Source of the DNA: a virus
Lineage: Duplodnaviria; Caudoviricetes
DNA length: 59,724 nt
Reading direction: 5' to 3' (one strand)
IMG/VR virus record: IMGVR_UViG_3300014913_000014
Span: 1 to 59,724 of that record
Notes under the pieces: generated by a model
Seen by the model: the letters and a program-made list of their open reading frames with translations, nothing else
The model's database searches: none
What the model was told of the DNA's origin: nothing
Shown here: positions 48,025 to 56,497 of the stretch, in pieces
Layout: the number at the start of each line of letters is the position of its first letter
Position numbering within the stretch: the stretch's first letter is position 1
Program-made: the position numbers and the translations under genes

Positions 48025-48277
48025 GAATGACAATGAAGCTGTTGCTACCTTTGATATGGATGAAGCAGGTAATCTTGTAGTGGGCGCAGACCTCAGCAAA
48101 TTTATTGAAAGCATGAAAATTGATGAGATCGTTGCTCAGCCTATAATTGATAGATATAATAGCATGTTTGGTAAATTAATCTTAAATAAAGGCACATTTT
48201 CAGCCTATGAGCAAGCATTCTTTGATCTATTCATCTATGCACTTGCACTCAAGGTAAAATATGAGGGAGAACTATGA
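47981..48277 (+). CDS. Hypothetical protein
   Basis: SD AAGGAGG. Confidence 0.7.
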   Translation: MSKKKMVTGKMTVVENDNEAVATFDMDEAGNLVVGADLSKFIESMKIDEIVAQPIIDRYNSMFGKLILNKGTFSAYEQAFFDLFIYALALKVKYEGEL

Positions 48278-48570
48278 AAAGGGAAATTGGAACGGAAAGA
48301 CTTTATTCTTTGGGCGACTTCAAGAACATCAAGTTCATGGATATTATTGTCGAAGTTCCACAAGAACTTGCATTAAATGATGACCTAGTGAATGAAGTCA
48401 AATTCCTTCAACTAGTTAGCATTGAATTGGCGTTTCGACGCTACATGAGACTGATGGAGGAGGTTCCCTTGGCTTGGGGTCAAAAATCAATTGAGGCACT
48501 AGAAAAGATTCGCCAAGATACTATTAACTCCATTACGTCATTACTAAAAAACGGAGACACGGAGGCTTAA
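48274..48570 (+). CDS. Hypothetical protein
   Basis: ATGA coupling; SD GGAG. Confidence 0.7.
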   Translation: MKREIGTERLYSLGDFKNIKFMDIIVEVPQELALNDDLVNEVKFLQLVSIELAFRRYMRLMEEVPLAWGQKSIEALEKIRQDTINSITSLLKNGDTEA

Positions 48571-48571
48571 T

Positions 48572-49369
48572 ATGCCATTTGCAGAAATTCCAGAGTTTGA
48601 ATCTTCATTCAAACCAACAGAATATGTAAAACTTATTTCAGGTGTACCACTAACTATCAGAGTTCTTGATAAAAAGGCAGTCCATCTTGAAAAGCACTAT
48701 ATTCCGGCAAGTAAAATCAGTGTGCTTTGCTTGGGTGAGGATATCTGTCCAATTTGTCAGAATAATCAAAAATTGATGCGAGAAAATCCTGACGTGTCAC
48801 CACGACAAATTCGTGGCTTTTTGGCACGTCAAAATCGTTACATGGTGAATGTCTTGAATCGTACCGTTGTAAAGGTAGCACCTAGCGGAAATATTACTTA
48901 TCCAATTCAAGGCCAATTTCCGGCCAACGACCCACAGACTGGAGAATTACTTGTTAATATTGAGGCTAAGCCTCTTAACAAAGTACAGGTTCTAGAACGT
49001 GGGCCGACACTTTTTTCGCAGTTAAACGCAATTAATGATGCCGTTGTTGATCCAGAAACCGGTAATCCAATTGGTCTGTGGAATTATGATATTGTAATCA
49101 CCGCTACTGGTAGTGGTCGTAAAATGACCACCAATGTCATTCCTTATCCAAATAAGAATGACGAAGTGAATGTACCAGACGAAGAGAAATTTGCTCTCGA
49201 AACTTTGGGCATTCGACTATCTCCAGAGGAAATGCTGAAAGCCCTTCAAGGAGTTTCGTTGAGAGATATCTTTGAAGCTCGAAGGGCCATGGATGACACT
49301 CTTGCTGCTGCTGAAACAGCAGTTAGTGAGGATGTTCAACGAAAACTTGATGAGCTATTTCCTCAGTAA
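48572..49369 (+). CDS. Single-stranded DNA-binding protein (T4 gp32-like)
   Basis: H...C...CPIC zinc site, YMVNVL, YDIVITATGSG and acidic tail ending LDELF. Confidence 0.7.
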   Translation: MPFAEIPEFESSFKPTEYVKLISGVPLTIRVLDKKAVHLEKHYIPASKISVLCLGEDICPICQNNQKLMRENPDVSPRQIRGFLARQNRYMVNVLNRTVVKVAPSGNITYPIQGQFPANDPQTGELLVNIEAKPLNKVQVLERGPTLFSQLNAINDAVVDPETGNPIGLWNYDIVITATGSGRKMTTNVIPYPNKNDEVNVPDEEKFALETLGIRLSPEEMLKALQGVSLRDIFEARRAMDDTLAAAETAVSEDVQRKLDELFPQ

Positions 49370-49372
49370 AAT

Positions 49373-49394
49373 GTAGGGGGTTTCGGCCCCCTAC
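49373..49394 (+). terminator. UUCG-capped GC hairpin after ssb (no U-tract)
   Basis: GTAGGGGGT-TTCG-GCCCCCTAC. Confidence 0.55.
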
Positions 49395-49400
49395 TATCAT

Positions 49401-49481
49401 GGATGGGTGGGCATGGTTGCCCCTTGATACTATAGTTCGTTGCTAGTGTCGAGTAGCTGAGGTTCGATTCCTCACCATCCG
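49401..49481 (+). ncRNA. tRNA-like element lacking an anticodon loop
   Basis: Acceptor GGATGG/CCATCC; D arm GGGCA-TGGT-TGCCC; T arm TGAGG-TTCGATT-CCTCA; anticodon arm replaced by a 9-bp-plus stem capped TTCG. Confidence 0.65.
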
Positions 49482-49520
49482 CTTAGCCTTATGGCTAAAT
49501 TTATAAAGTTGGGGTAAAAC

Positions 49521-50855
49521 ATGGAAGAACTCTTTAACAGTGGCGTTGAAGAAGCAGTTTTGGGTTTATTGTTGACAGATGGATATATAATATATGATAT
49601 AAAAAACAAACTCAGTCCACGTAGATTTAGTGTACGGCACAATGAGATTATTTATCGGGCCATAGAAAGTTTGGCCGATGGACGAATTGAGCCAAATTTT
49701 GCGCTTGTGAAAATGAAGCTGGAAGATACTAATTTATTAGACGAGGCTGGTGGTGTAAAATATCTTGAATATCTTTGTCAGCACCATGAAAATGTAAAGA
49801 ATATTCATGAGTACGTAAGAAGATTGAATGATGATTATAAAATTAGAAGTCTTCTTTCAATTAATGCAAAAATTCCTCATTATCTCAAGAAGAATAAGGG
49901 CGCAGTAAATGAAGTAATATCTCAACTTGATAAAGAATTGGATGATCTTATTATGGAAATAGATCGTCCAGATGTTGTGCTACTTAGCGACGCAGTTGAT
50001 GAAACATTTGAACTTATTCTAAGAAAAAAAGATGAGCCTGGAATTGATGGCATGTCCACTGGTTTCACAGACATTGATCATATGACAGGGGGTTTTCTTA
50101 GCGGTGAAATATGGTATATTGGAGCCAGACCATCACACGGAAAATCAGCGTGGTTGATAAAAGTGGCATTAAATGTTGCAAAGAAAGGAAACCCTGTTCT
50201 TCTATTCAATCGTGAAATGAGTCTTAGAAGTATACAACAGCGTATGTTTGCAATAGTTAGCGGCGTTCCTCTTGAAAAGATACGCAGTGGTAATGGTCTT
50301 ACAGAACAGGATATCAAGAAATTAGAAGCTGCAAAAGCAGAACTGAAGGAACTTCCGATTCATATTGATAGTAATTTTCAAGGCGACATTGATTATATCA
50401 TAGCCACAATAAGAAAATACCACCAGCTTTATGGTATTAAGTTGGTTGGAGTAGACTACATCGGTATTGTAGTTGAACGTACTGCTGGCGAAGCAACTCA
50501 TCTTTTGGGCGCTGCATCTAGAAAATTGAAGTTACTTTCCAATGAGCTTGGTATTACAACAATTATTCTTTCACAAATGAATAGACAGTGTGAGTTGCGA
50601 GAGAATAAAAGACCGCTTATGGCCGATTTGAGACAGAGCGGCAATCTCGAAGAGGATGCAGATATTATGGTAGCGCTGTATCGAGAAGCTGTTTATAATA
50701 ATAACCACCCTGATAGGGATGTATTGGAATTTATTATACGAAAAGCTAGAAATGGCCCTATTGGGCAAATAAATTTGAAATTTGAAGATGAGACTGTGAA
50801 TATAATAAATCAAGATTTAAGTGATCTATGGAAAGATAAAAAAGGTTTTATTTGA
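49521..50855 (+). CDS. dnaB: Replicative DNA helicase
   Basis: GARPSHGKS, VDYI, LSQMNR, DLRQSGNLEEDAD and KARNGPIG. Confidence 0.95.
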   Translation: MEELFNSGVEEAVLGLLLTDGYIIYDIKNKLSPRRFSVRHNEIIYRAIESLADGRIEPNFALVKMKLEDTNLLDEAGGVKYLEYLCQHHENVKNIHEYVRRLNDDYKIRSLLSINAKIPHYLKKNKGAVNEVISQLDKELDDLIMEIDRPDVVLLSDAVDETFELILRKKDEPGIDGMSTGFTDIDHMTGGFLSGEIWYIGARPSHGKSAWLIKVALNVAKKGNPVLLFNREMSLRSIQQRMFAIVSGVPLEKIRSGNGLTEQDIKKLEAAKAELKELPIHIDSNFQGDIDYIIATIRKYHQLYGIKLVGVDYIGIVVERTAGEATHLLGAASRKLKLLSNELGITTIILSQMNRQCELRENKRPLMADLRQSGNLEEDADIMVALYREAVYNNNHPDRDVLEFIIRKARNGPIGQINLKFEDETVNIINQDLSDLWKDKKGFI

Positions 50856-51292
50856 TGGGTAATCCACAGAAAGAAAAGGGCTCACGATGGGAACGGGATG
50901 CTTGTAAATTATTAAATGAAGATTTTCCAGGCACATGGAAAAGAATCGCTCTGTCTGGTGCCATTGGCACGCAATTAGATATTCCCATGCTGAGGCCAGA
51001 CGCTATTGGAAAATATGCCCACCTATCTAGAAAATTTGTTGGTGAGGCAAAAGTCGGTTATGGCGGTAAATCAATGACCATTAAGAAAGATTGGTTTGAT
51101 GGTATTGATGAAATAGCTGAAGAAAATTATGCATTGCCAGTTGTTCTTCTGAAGTTTGAAAAAGCACGTACCGGCGTACGACATATTATATGTTTAAGTT
51201 TTGAAACTTGGAATGAACTTATGCGAGAAATGGCAGACATGTATCATGAATTACTGTTGGCTTATGAGAGATTAAATGGACACGACAAATGA
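50852..51292 (+). CDS. Holliday junction resolvase-like PD-(D/E)XK nuclease
   Basis: KGSRWER, SGA, PD and GEAK. Confidence 0.75.
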   Translation: MMGNPQKEKGSRWERDACKLLNEDFPGTWKRIALSGAIGTQLDIPMLRPDAIGKYAHLSRKFVGEAKVGYGGKSMTIKKDWFDGIDEIAEENYALPVVLLKFEKARTGVRHIICLSFETWNELMREMADMYHELLLAYERLNGHDK

Positions 51293-51725
51293 CATACGCT
51301 CTATTCTATTAAAAGAATGGCATAAATTAAAAGATACTACTGGAGAAGATGTATCATTATGGGACGTTTTCATTTCACTGATAAAAGATAAAGTTCCGGT
51401 GTACTTGGTAACTTTAAAAGCCGATATTTTTATTCTAAAATATATTGCTAGCGGTCTGTCAATAAATACAATTTTTCAAAGAACAGGTATCCCTAGCAAG
51501 GCCATCCGAAAGGTCGCCTTTACATGGGGTTTGACGCCCCTTGAAGAAACACTTGACTTTAATCCTCTTTTGGTGTATAATACGGGCATGAGTCCAGAAT
51601 CGCTCAAGGCACACATGGATGAGATTTTACCTAGACCAATAAGTTTAGAGCTTTGTGAAATTGCTATAAACAATATTGAACGATATTTTGAACTGGACAG
51701 GATATTAAGGGAGGAAGACATATGA
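51276..51725 (+). CDS. Hypothetical protein with possible HTH
   Basis: GLSINTIFQRTGIPSKAIR. Confidence 0.55.
   Translation: MDTTNDIRSILLKEWHKLKDTTGEDVSLWDVFISLIKDKVPVYLVTLKADIFILKYIASGLSINTIFQRTGIPSKAIRKVAFTWGLTPLEETLDFNPLLVYNTGMSPESLKAHMDEILPRPISLELCEIAINNIERYFELDRILREEDI
51553..51581 (+). promoter_or_regulatory. Promoter TTGACT-17-TATAAT internal to ORF 51276-51725
   Basis: Near-perfect hexamers. Confidence 0.6.
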
Positions 51726-52099
51726 ACATCGAGGACCTTCCCGATTTTGATGAGTTAGCTAATTTAACTACAGAAATCGGGGGGCTGAAAACCCAGATCA
51801 TGCTAGACAAGGTCGCTTTAGAGCGACTGGAGGCCGAGATCACTGAGAAAGTCACATCTTTACCTCAATACCATATTGGTGGTAAACCACCCAGCATGGC
51901 ATATATAAAATCACACTATCATGTACTCGGTTGCGATGAAGAAACAGCCCAAGAATTGGCAGAAATCAAGGGCATTTTAGCTGAGAATGAGGGCAAGCTA
52001 AAAGAGAAAGAGTTGCTGTTTCAAGTATATCGAGATATGATTGATGTTTGGAGAACGGAGAGTGCTAATAAACGCGGAGCATTCTTTGAGGGTTCTTGA
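51722..52099 (+). CDS. Coiled-coil protein, possibly UvsY-like recombination mediator
   Basis: Helical, with C-terminal IDVWRTESANKR; recombination context. Confidence 0.45.
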   Translation: MNIEDLPDFDELANLTTEIGGLKTQIMLDKVALERLEAEITEKVTSLPQYHIGGKPPSMAYIKSHYHVLGCDEETAQELAEIKGILAENEGKLKEKELLFQVYRDMIDVWRTESANKRGAFFEGS

Positions 52100-52809
52100 T
52101 GAAACGTCTTAGTGCGACTAGTATTGGTGACTTTTTAGAATGCCCTCAACGATTTTGGTACAGGACACATCATCCTGAGGCGGCCAAATTATCAGATCAT
52201 GTAATATTTGGTGGTATAGTACACGAGGCCATAGAGAAATTTGACAATTTTGATGATGCTCTTGCTTGGGCACTGAAAGAATGGGAACTTCGTAGTCAGG
52301 ATGGTAATTTTATGCCTGACAAGCAAGTAAAGAAACCTCCCAAAAGCTTTAAGCGCATGTTAGAAAATTACTATAAACAAATAGAACCAATGATAAATGG
52401 CGGCGAAAAGGAAATGTTCTTTTCGTTTCCGTGGAATGGTAGAACAGAAGAGATAAAAATAATTGGTAAGATGGACCGTGTTACTGATACTGCTGTCTAT
52501 GACTGGAAAACTAGTGGTAGAAAGCCATCCAAGTATCAATTACACAGCATTCAATTTTATATATATGCATGGGCGTATAGAAATATTTATGGCAGAGATG
52601 CCGAAGTTTATTATGGATATCTTAATGGCGGCGATCTAATTCGAATTGATATTAAGCCAGCATTAGTAGATAATGTTACTGAGACTATTGAATATGTAAT
52701 TGAGAACATGGATAAAAAGCCCATTAGAATTTGCGGATATCAGTGTAGTAATTGTTTCTATAGAGAAATTTGCTTTGCTCAATTAGAAGGAGCTTGGACA
52801 CAGTTTTAA
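52096..52809 (+). CDS. RecB/Cas4-like PD-(D/E)XK exonuclease with Fe-S Cys ligands
   Basis: SATS..ECP, GKMDR, YDWKTS, QFYIY and C..CSNCFYREIC. Confidence 0.85.
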   Translation: MMKRLSATSIGDFLECPQRFWYRTHHPEAAKLSDHVIFGGIVHEAIEKFDNFDDALAWALKEWELRSQDGNFMPDKQVKKPPKSFKRMLENYYKQIEPMINGGEKEMFFSFPWNGRTEEIKIIGKMDRVTDTAVYDWKTSGRKPSKYQLHSIQFYIYAWAYRNIYGRDAEVYYGYLNGGDLIRIDIKPALVDNVTETIEYVIENMDKKPIRICGYQCSNCFYREICFAQLEGAWTQF

Positions 52810-53189
52810 TGAGTTGGATTATCGGAGAATACATCAGACAATTACCTTATATCAAGGAAAGGGCCGACGTTAACAGTGATTCATATAATAATGCTATAAT
52901 GATAGAGATGGTCATTGAAAAAATGGCAAAAGATGGCTTACTATCTGAGCAAGAAAGCAATATTATGTGGGCGGTTTCTGCTGGCTATAGCTATTCCGAA
53001 ATAGGACGATTACTTGGTTTACATCGTTTGACTGTTTCTCAGATATTTAAAACCGTTACAGATCGAATATCATATATTATAGGCGGGGAATTAACAGACG
53101 AGGCTTTTATTGAACGTATACAAGATATTGAGCCCCTAAATAAAGATGATATATCAATACGATTTAGAAAAGGAATATCTAAAGCATGA
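52809..53189 (+). CDS. Sigma70 region-4-like HTH transcription regulator
   Basis: LSEQE...GYSYSEIGRLLGLHRLTVSQ. Confidence 0.7.
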   Translation: MSWIIGEYIRQLPYIKERADVNSDSYNNAIMIEMVIEKMAKDGLLSEQESNIMWAVSAGYSYSEIGRLLGLHRLTVSQIFKTVTDRISYIIGGELTDEAFIERIQDIEPLNKDDISIRFRKGISKA

Positions 53190-53374
53190 TAAAAGCAAGA
53201 AGATGTTTTATGTGCAATACTCTTCTAAATAGTAAAGAGAGAGAAATTTGTTTTGACTGTGCGGTATTATTACTAAGGAGGTCTGATGACCGAAAAAGAA
53301 TTACGATGTATTCATCGCCACACGATAGAGACACATCCAAATTGTTTTCGAAAGGGCTTAATAAAAAGGGATGA
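53186..53374 (+). CDS. Possible small zinc-finger protein overlapping the next gene
   Basis: ATGA coupling; CxxC...CxxC. Confidence 0.4.
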   Translation: MIKARRCFMCNTLLNSKEREICFDCAVLLLRRSDDRKRITMYSSPHDRDTSKLFSKGLNKKG

Positions 53375-53933
53375 TTGGTGGCACGATAAGTGCATTGCCT
53401 ATTTGGATATTGAAGCATCTAATCTTGATGCCAATTGGGGCTTCGTTTTAACATGGTGCATCAAATATCGTGGCGAGGATAAAATTGTTAGTGACACCAT
53501 CACACAGAAAGAACTTTATAACGGAATTTTTGATAAACGGATTATAAAAAGCTTGTTAGAAGAACTTAAGAATGTAGATATTGTCGTAACTTATTATGGA
53601 ACTGGATTTGATATTCCATATATAAGGACCAGGGCTACTTTTTGGGGATTAGAAGAAGAATTTCCAGCATTTGGAAAAATGTATCACTGGGACCTTTACT
53701 ATAAGGTTAGACGTGCATTCAAATTGAATAGTAATAGATTGGGCACGGTCACAAAATTTTTTGGTATCGAGGGTAAAACACATTTGGACCCTCAATGGTT
53801 TATGCGTGCAAAATATGGGCATAAGAAAGCTCTGAAAGAGCTTCTATATCATAATGAAGAGGATGTTATAATTCTGGAGAAATTGCACGACTTGTTATGG
53901 AGGCACGCTAAATGGATAAGAAAGAGCATTTAA
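53286..53933 (+). CDS. RNase H-like/DnaQ-family 3'-5' exonuclease
   Basis: YLDIE, YYGTGFDIPYI, HWDLY and HNEEDV. Confidence 0.85.
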   Translation: MTEKELRCIHRHTIETHPNCFRKGLIKRDDWWHDKCIAYLDIEASNLDANWGFVLTWCIKYRGEDKIVSDTITQKELYNGIFDKRIIKSLLEELKNVDIVVTYYGTGFDIPYIRTRATFWGLEEEFPAFGKMYHWDLYYKVRRAFKLNSNRLGTVTKFFGIEGKTHLDPQWFMRAKYGHKKALKELLYHNEEDVIILEKLHDLLWRHAKWIRKSI

Positions 53934-54262
53934 CAGACAAAGAATTTGAAAAAATGTTAAAGGAGGGCTATGATTTTGATGATGTAGTAGGACAACGTGT
54001 ATCATTCAGTGTTATTGGTATGCGTGATGTTGATGGCAGATGGAAAGTTGATGCCAAAGCAAACTTTGCTCTATCTGTTGATGGAGTGTCATGGGCAGAT
54101 AAAGATATTCCTGTTTCAACTGTAGATGATGACTATGATTCAGCGCTTGCTACTACTATGTTGGCAATGGCCAATGCAATCAATAGCCCTAGATTTTTAG
54201 CAAGTCTAAGGCGAGAGCTTGATTTACACAGTGCTCTACCAAAGGCAAAGGATATTCAATGA
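53912..54262 (+). CDS. Hypothetical protein
   Basis: SD GGAGG. Confidence 0.7.
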   Translation: MDKKEHLTDKEFEKMLKEGYDFDDVVGQRVSFSVIGMRDVDGRWKVDAKANFALSVDGVSWADKDIPVSTVDDDYDSALATTMLAMANAINSPRFLASLRRELDLHSALPKAKDIQ

Positions 54263-54474
54263 GCAACGAGGAAAAACTTAGCGTTCTTTCTCTAGCGGGC
54301 TCGGATACATATGTGATTAGAAAGAGCAAAAATTCACGTTTTTTCATTACGACACCTGACACTATAATTATAGGAAAGGACGGTTTAGTTTTTCTTGTAA
54401 ACTTTCTAGTAAAACATGGTTTTATCAGTTCGAGAGTGCTAGAGGGAATACTTGAAGAGGCAAATACAGAGTAG
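54259..54474 (+). CDS. Hypothetical protein
   Basis: ATGA coupling. Confidence 0.7.
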   Translation: MSNEEKLSVLSLAGSDTYVIRKSKNSRFFITTPDTIIIGKDGLVFLVNFLVKHGFISSRVLEGILEEANTE

Positions 54475-54483
54475 GAGGTAATT

Positions 54484-54795
54484 ATGCATTGCCCCACACA
54501 TCCAAGATATACTGCAAAACGTATGCCTAAGAGCAATTGTTTTTCTTGTTGGCGACTTTACATAGAGAAAAAGGGTATTAGTGTTTTAGAGCTTTTAGAA
54601 CAGTCAGCAGTAACTGACACCAGAGCCGCATGGCTAAAAGAGCATATTGATAATATTACTTATGCTCCATTAAAATCGGCTGCAGAAGACGAGAAAGAGG
54701 TAGCTGTCGCAACATTTATTACACCAGCAAAATTTGTTGAAGAGAAAGACCTTGAAGATGATGATACAAAACCAGTTAGAGGAGTTAGAATATGA
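54484..54795 (+). CDS. Hypothetical protein with N-terminal CxxH...CxxC
   Basis: SD AGGAGG. Confidence 0.7.
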   Translation: MHCPTHPRYTAKRMPKSNCFSCWRLYIEKKGISVLELLEQSAVTDTRAAWLKEHIDNITYAPLKSAAEDEKEVAVATFITPAKFVEEKDLEDDDTKPVRGVRI

Positions 54796-55340
54796 TAATC
54801 CTCATTGGTGGTCGTGCCGGTGAAGGTAAATCTACTTTTGCTGCGTTTTGTGGTGATTATCTATTGAAAGACCTTGATATAAGTTCTGTTGTAGTTCCAT
54901 TTGCGGCAAAAGTGAAAGACACTGCTTTTGAAATGGGCTGGGACGGTAATAAAGATGAAAAAGGCCGAAAACTTCTGCAGGAAATTGGACGAATCGGACG
55001 AGAATATGACATTGATCTTTGGGCTAATCATGCTATTGAGTATATAAAAGATTGCGATGCCCAAGGCTTTGAATATTACTTTATTGACGATTGGAGATTT
55101 CCCAATGAAGCAAAAGCCGTAAAAGATCATTTTCATCCAGTAGTGCTAGTTAGAATGCGAAGACCAGAAGAATACCACACTCTTTTTGGCACGGCTATGT
55201 ATAATGATGTAAGTGAAGCATCTTTACCAGATGAAGATAGTTACTATGATTACGTAATCAATAATAACAAAAGTTTAGACGACTTGAAAGCTAAAGCTAA
55301 AGAGTTCGTTGACGAAATTCTCAAAAAAAGGAGAGTATAA
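54792..55340 (+). CDS. Deoxynucleoside monophosphate kinase
   Basis: GGRAGEGKST, FAAKVK, RKLLQEIG, IDDWRFPNE and YDYVINN. Confidence 0.85.
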   Translation: MIILIGGRAGEGKSTFAAFCGDYLLKDLDISSVVVPFAAKVKDTAFEMGWDGNKDEKGRKLLQEIGRIGREYDIDLWANHAIEYIKDCDAQGFEYYFIDDWRFPNEAKAVKDHFHPVVLVRMRRPEEYHTLFGTAMYNDVSEASLPDEDSYYDYVINNNKSLDDLKAKAKEFVDEILKKRRV

Positions 55341-55654
55341 TGTTAACAATTACAGTTGAACAAATTTTTACATTTGCAGTAGCAGGTACACTGTGGTCAC
55401 TAGTTCTTGAGTATTTTCCAGCATTAAATAGCTGGTATAATGCTCTGAGTGACCGCGTTCAGCAACTAGTCATTCTTGGTTCAGGTTTAGTGGTAGTGCT
55501 TGGTGCCTTTGGTTTCAATTGTTTGCAATTGTTTTTTGATCTTCCATGGGCTTGCACCTGGCTTGGCCTAAAAAATGCAGCAGTTGCATACTTGACCTTT
55601 GTATTTGCAACACAGGGTACATATCTAGTTACTCCAAAGGCATCTGATGAATAA
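55340..55654 (+). CDS. Three-TM membrane protein (holin-like)
   Basis: Three hydrophobic segments; ATQGTYLVTP C-terminus. Confidence 0.6.
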   Translation: MLTITVEQIFTFAVAGTLWSLVLEYFPALNSWYNALSDRVQQLVILGSGLVVVLGAFGFNCLQLFFDLPWACTWLGLKNAAVAYLTFVFATQGTYLVTPKASDE

Positions 55655-55925
55655 AGATGAAATCAAATACCATGATGTATTAGATGCTGGTTTGATTTCA
55701 TTCTGTAAAAACAATTTATCACCAAATGCACTGGTCATTTTGGGCGTATTCATTGATAGTGATGGTACTGTGAAAGTAGATACTGAGCAATATGCTTATT
55801 TGGTGCAACTATATTTGGAAATTGGCGCCCGTACTGGGGGCGAATTTAATGGTGTGCTAGATTTTGATCTGGGCGATGGCCCTTCGGCCATTCGACCTGG
55901 GGCTGAAACTGACACGTTGCTGTAG
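55647..55925 (+). CDS. Hypothetical protein
   Basis: Coupled ORF before the terminator. Confidence 0.6.
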   Translation: MNKDEIKYHDVLDAGLISFCKNNLSPNALVILGVFIDSDGTVKVDTEQYAYLVQLYLEIGARTGGEFNGVLDFDLGDGPSAIRPGAETDTLL

Positions 55926-55950
55926 ATTTTTGATATAATTAATAAACCAA

Positions 55951-55976
55951 GTGGGGGAGGGTGACTCCTCCCCCAC
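55951..55976 (+). terminator. GC-rich hairpin ending the replication operon
   Basis: GTGGGGGAGG...CCTCCCCCAC. Confidence 0.65.
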
Positions 55977-55996
55977 ACAATCTCATCAAATAGCGC

Positions 55997-56025
55997 TTGA
56001 CAAAAAAGCCGTTTTATGCTATAAT
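55997..56025 (+). promoter_or_regulatory. Consensus promoter for tRNA array part 1
   Basis: TTGACA-17-TATAAT with extended -10. Confidence 0.85.
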
Positions 56026-56045
56026 ACTGTCACTTGGAGCTATAT

Positions 56046-56118
56046 TGTCGAGTAACTCAACTGGTAGAGTGGCTCCCTGTTAAGGAGATGGTTGGGGGTT
56101 CGAGTCCCTCCTCGACAG
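56046..56118 (+). tRNA. tRNA-Asn(GTT)
   Basis: Cloverleaf; acceptor TGTCGAG/CTCGACA; loop CTGTTAA. Confidence 0.92.
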
Positions 56119-56129
56119 CCTGAAGATAT

Positions 56130-56142
56130 GCACATTAACAAT
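56130..56142 (+). promoter_or_regulatory. boxA-like antitermination element GCACATTAACAAT
   Basis: Identical copy at 58177; resembles rrn boxA. Confidence 0.55.
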
Positions 56143-56159
56143 TGTACTATAATATATGC

Positions 56160-56231
56160 GGGGGATTAGGTTAGTGGCTAAACCAGCAGTCTCCAAAACT
56201 GCCACCGGAGGTTCGAGTCCTTCATCCCCTG
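56160..56231 (+). tRNA. tRNA-Trp(CCA)
   Basis: Cloverleaf; loop CTCCAAA. Confidence 0.92.
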
Positions 56232-56236
56232 CCTAT

Positions 56237-56333
56237 GCCCTGTACCCCTTACGTTGGTTTACACCGTAGTAAATCAAAGACGCTGTTTGAACAGGCAGGG
56301 CTGGGAGTGTCAAAAGGGGTTGAATGGCACTCC
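56237..56333 (+). ncRNA. Putative pseudoknotted structured RNA (unknown family)
   Basis: Helices GCCCTGT/GCAGGGC, TTGGTTTAC/GTAAATCAA and GGAGTGTCA/TGGCACTCC; loop pairing ACCCCTT/AAGGGGT; fills the tRNA spacer. Confidence 0.55.
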
Positions 56334-56337
56334 GTGC

Positions 56338-56408
56338 TGCAGAGTCGTCTAGTGGTAGGACAGCGGACTCTGAATCCGCTTACGGAGGTTCGAATCCTTC
56401 CTCTGCAA
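56338..56408 (+). tRNA. tRNA-Gln(CTG)
   Basis: Cloverleaf; loop CTCTGAA. Confidence 0.93.
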
Positions 56409-56413
56409 CCTGA

Positions 56414-56484
56414 AGCTAGGTCGTCTAATGGTAGGACACGGGCCTTTGAAGCCCACGATGGCGGTTCGAATCCTCCCCTAGCTG
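56414..56484 (+). tRNA. tRNA-Gln(TTG)
   Basis: Cloverleaf; loop CTTTGAA. Confidence 0.9.
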
Positions 56485-56497
56485 CCTAGGAGGTGCT

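Noticed and set aside
28504-50855. Inteins or self-splicing introns in terL, polA, recA and dnaB
   Set aside because: All are of normal length with contiguous motifs.
53909-53919. 11-nt complementarity between the copy-3 loop (TTATCCATTTA) and the start of ORF 53912
   Set aside because: An AT-rich 11-mer match is expected by chance given the many loop k-mers and about 120 kb searched on both strands.
56237-56333. HDV-like (theta) ribozyme after tRNA-Trp
   Set aside because: P1/P3/P2-like pairings can be drawn, but L3 lacks the UYC consensus and there is no catalytic C in J4/2.
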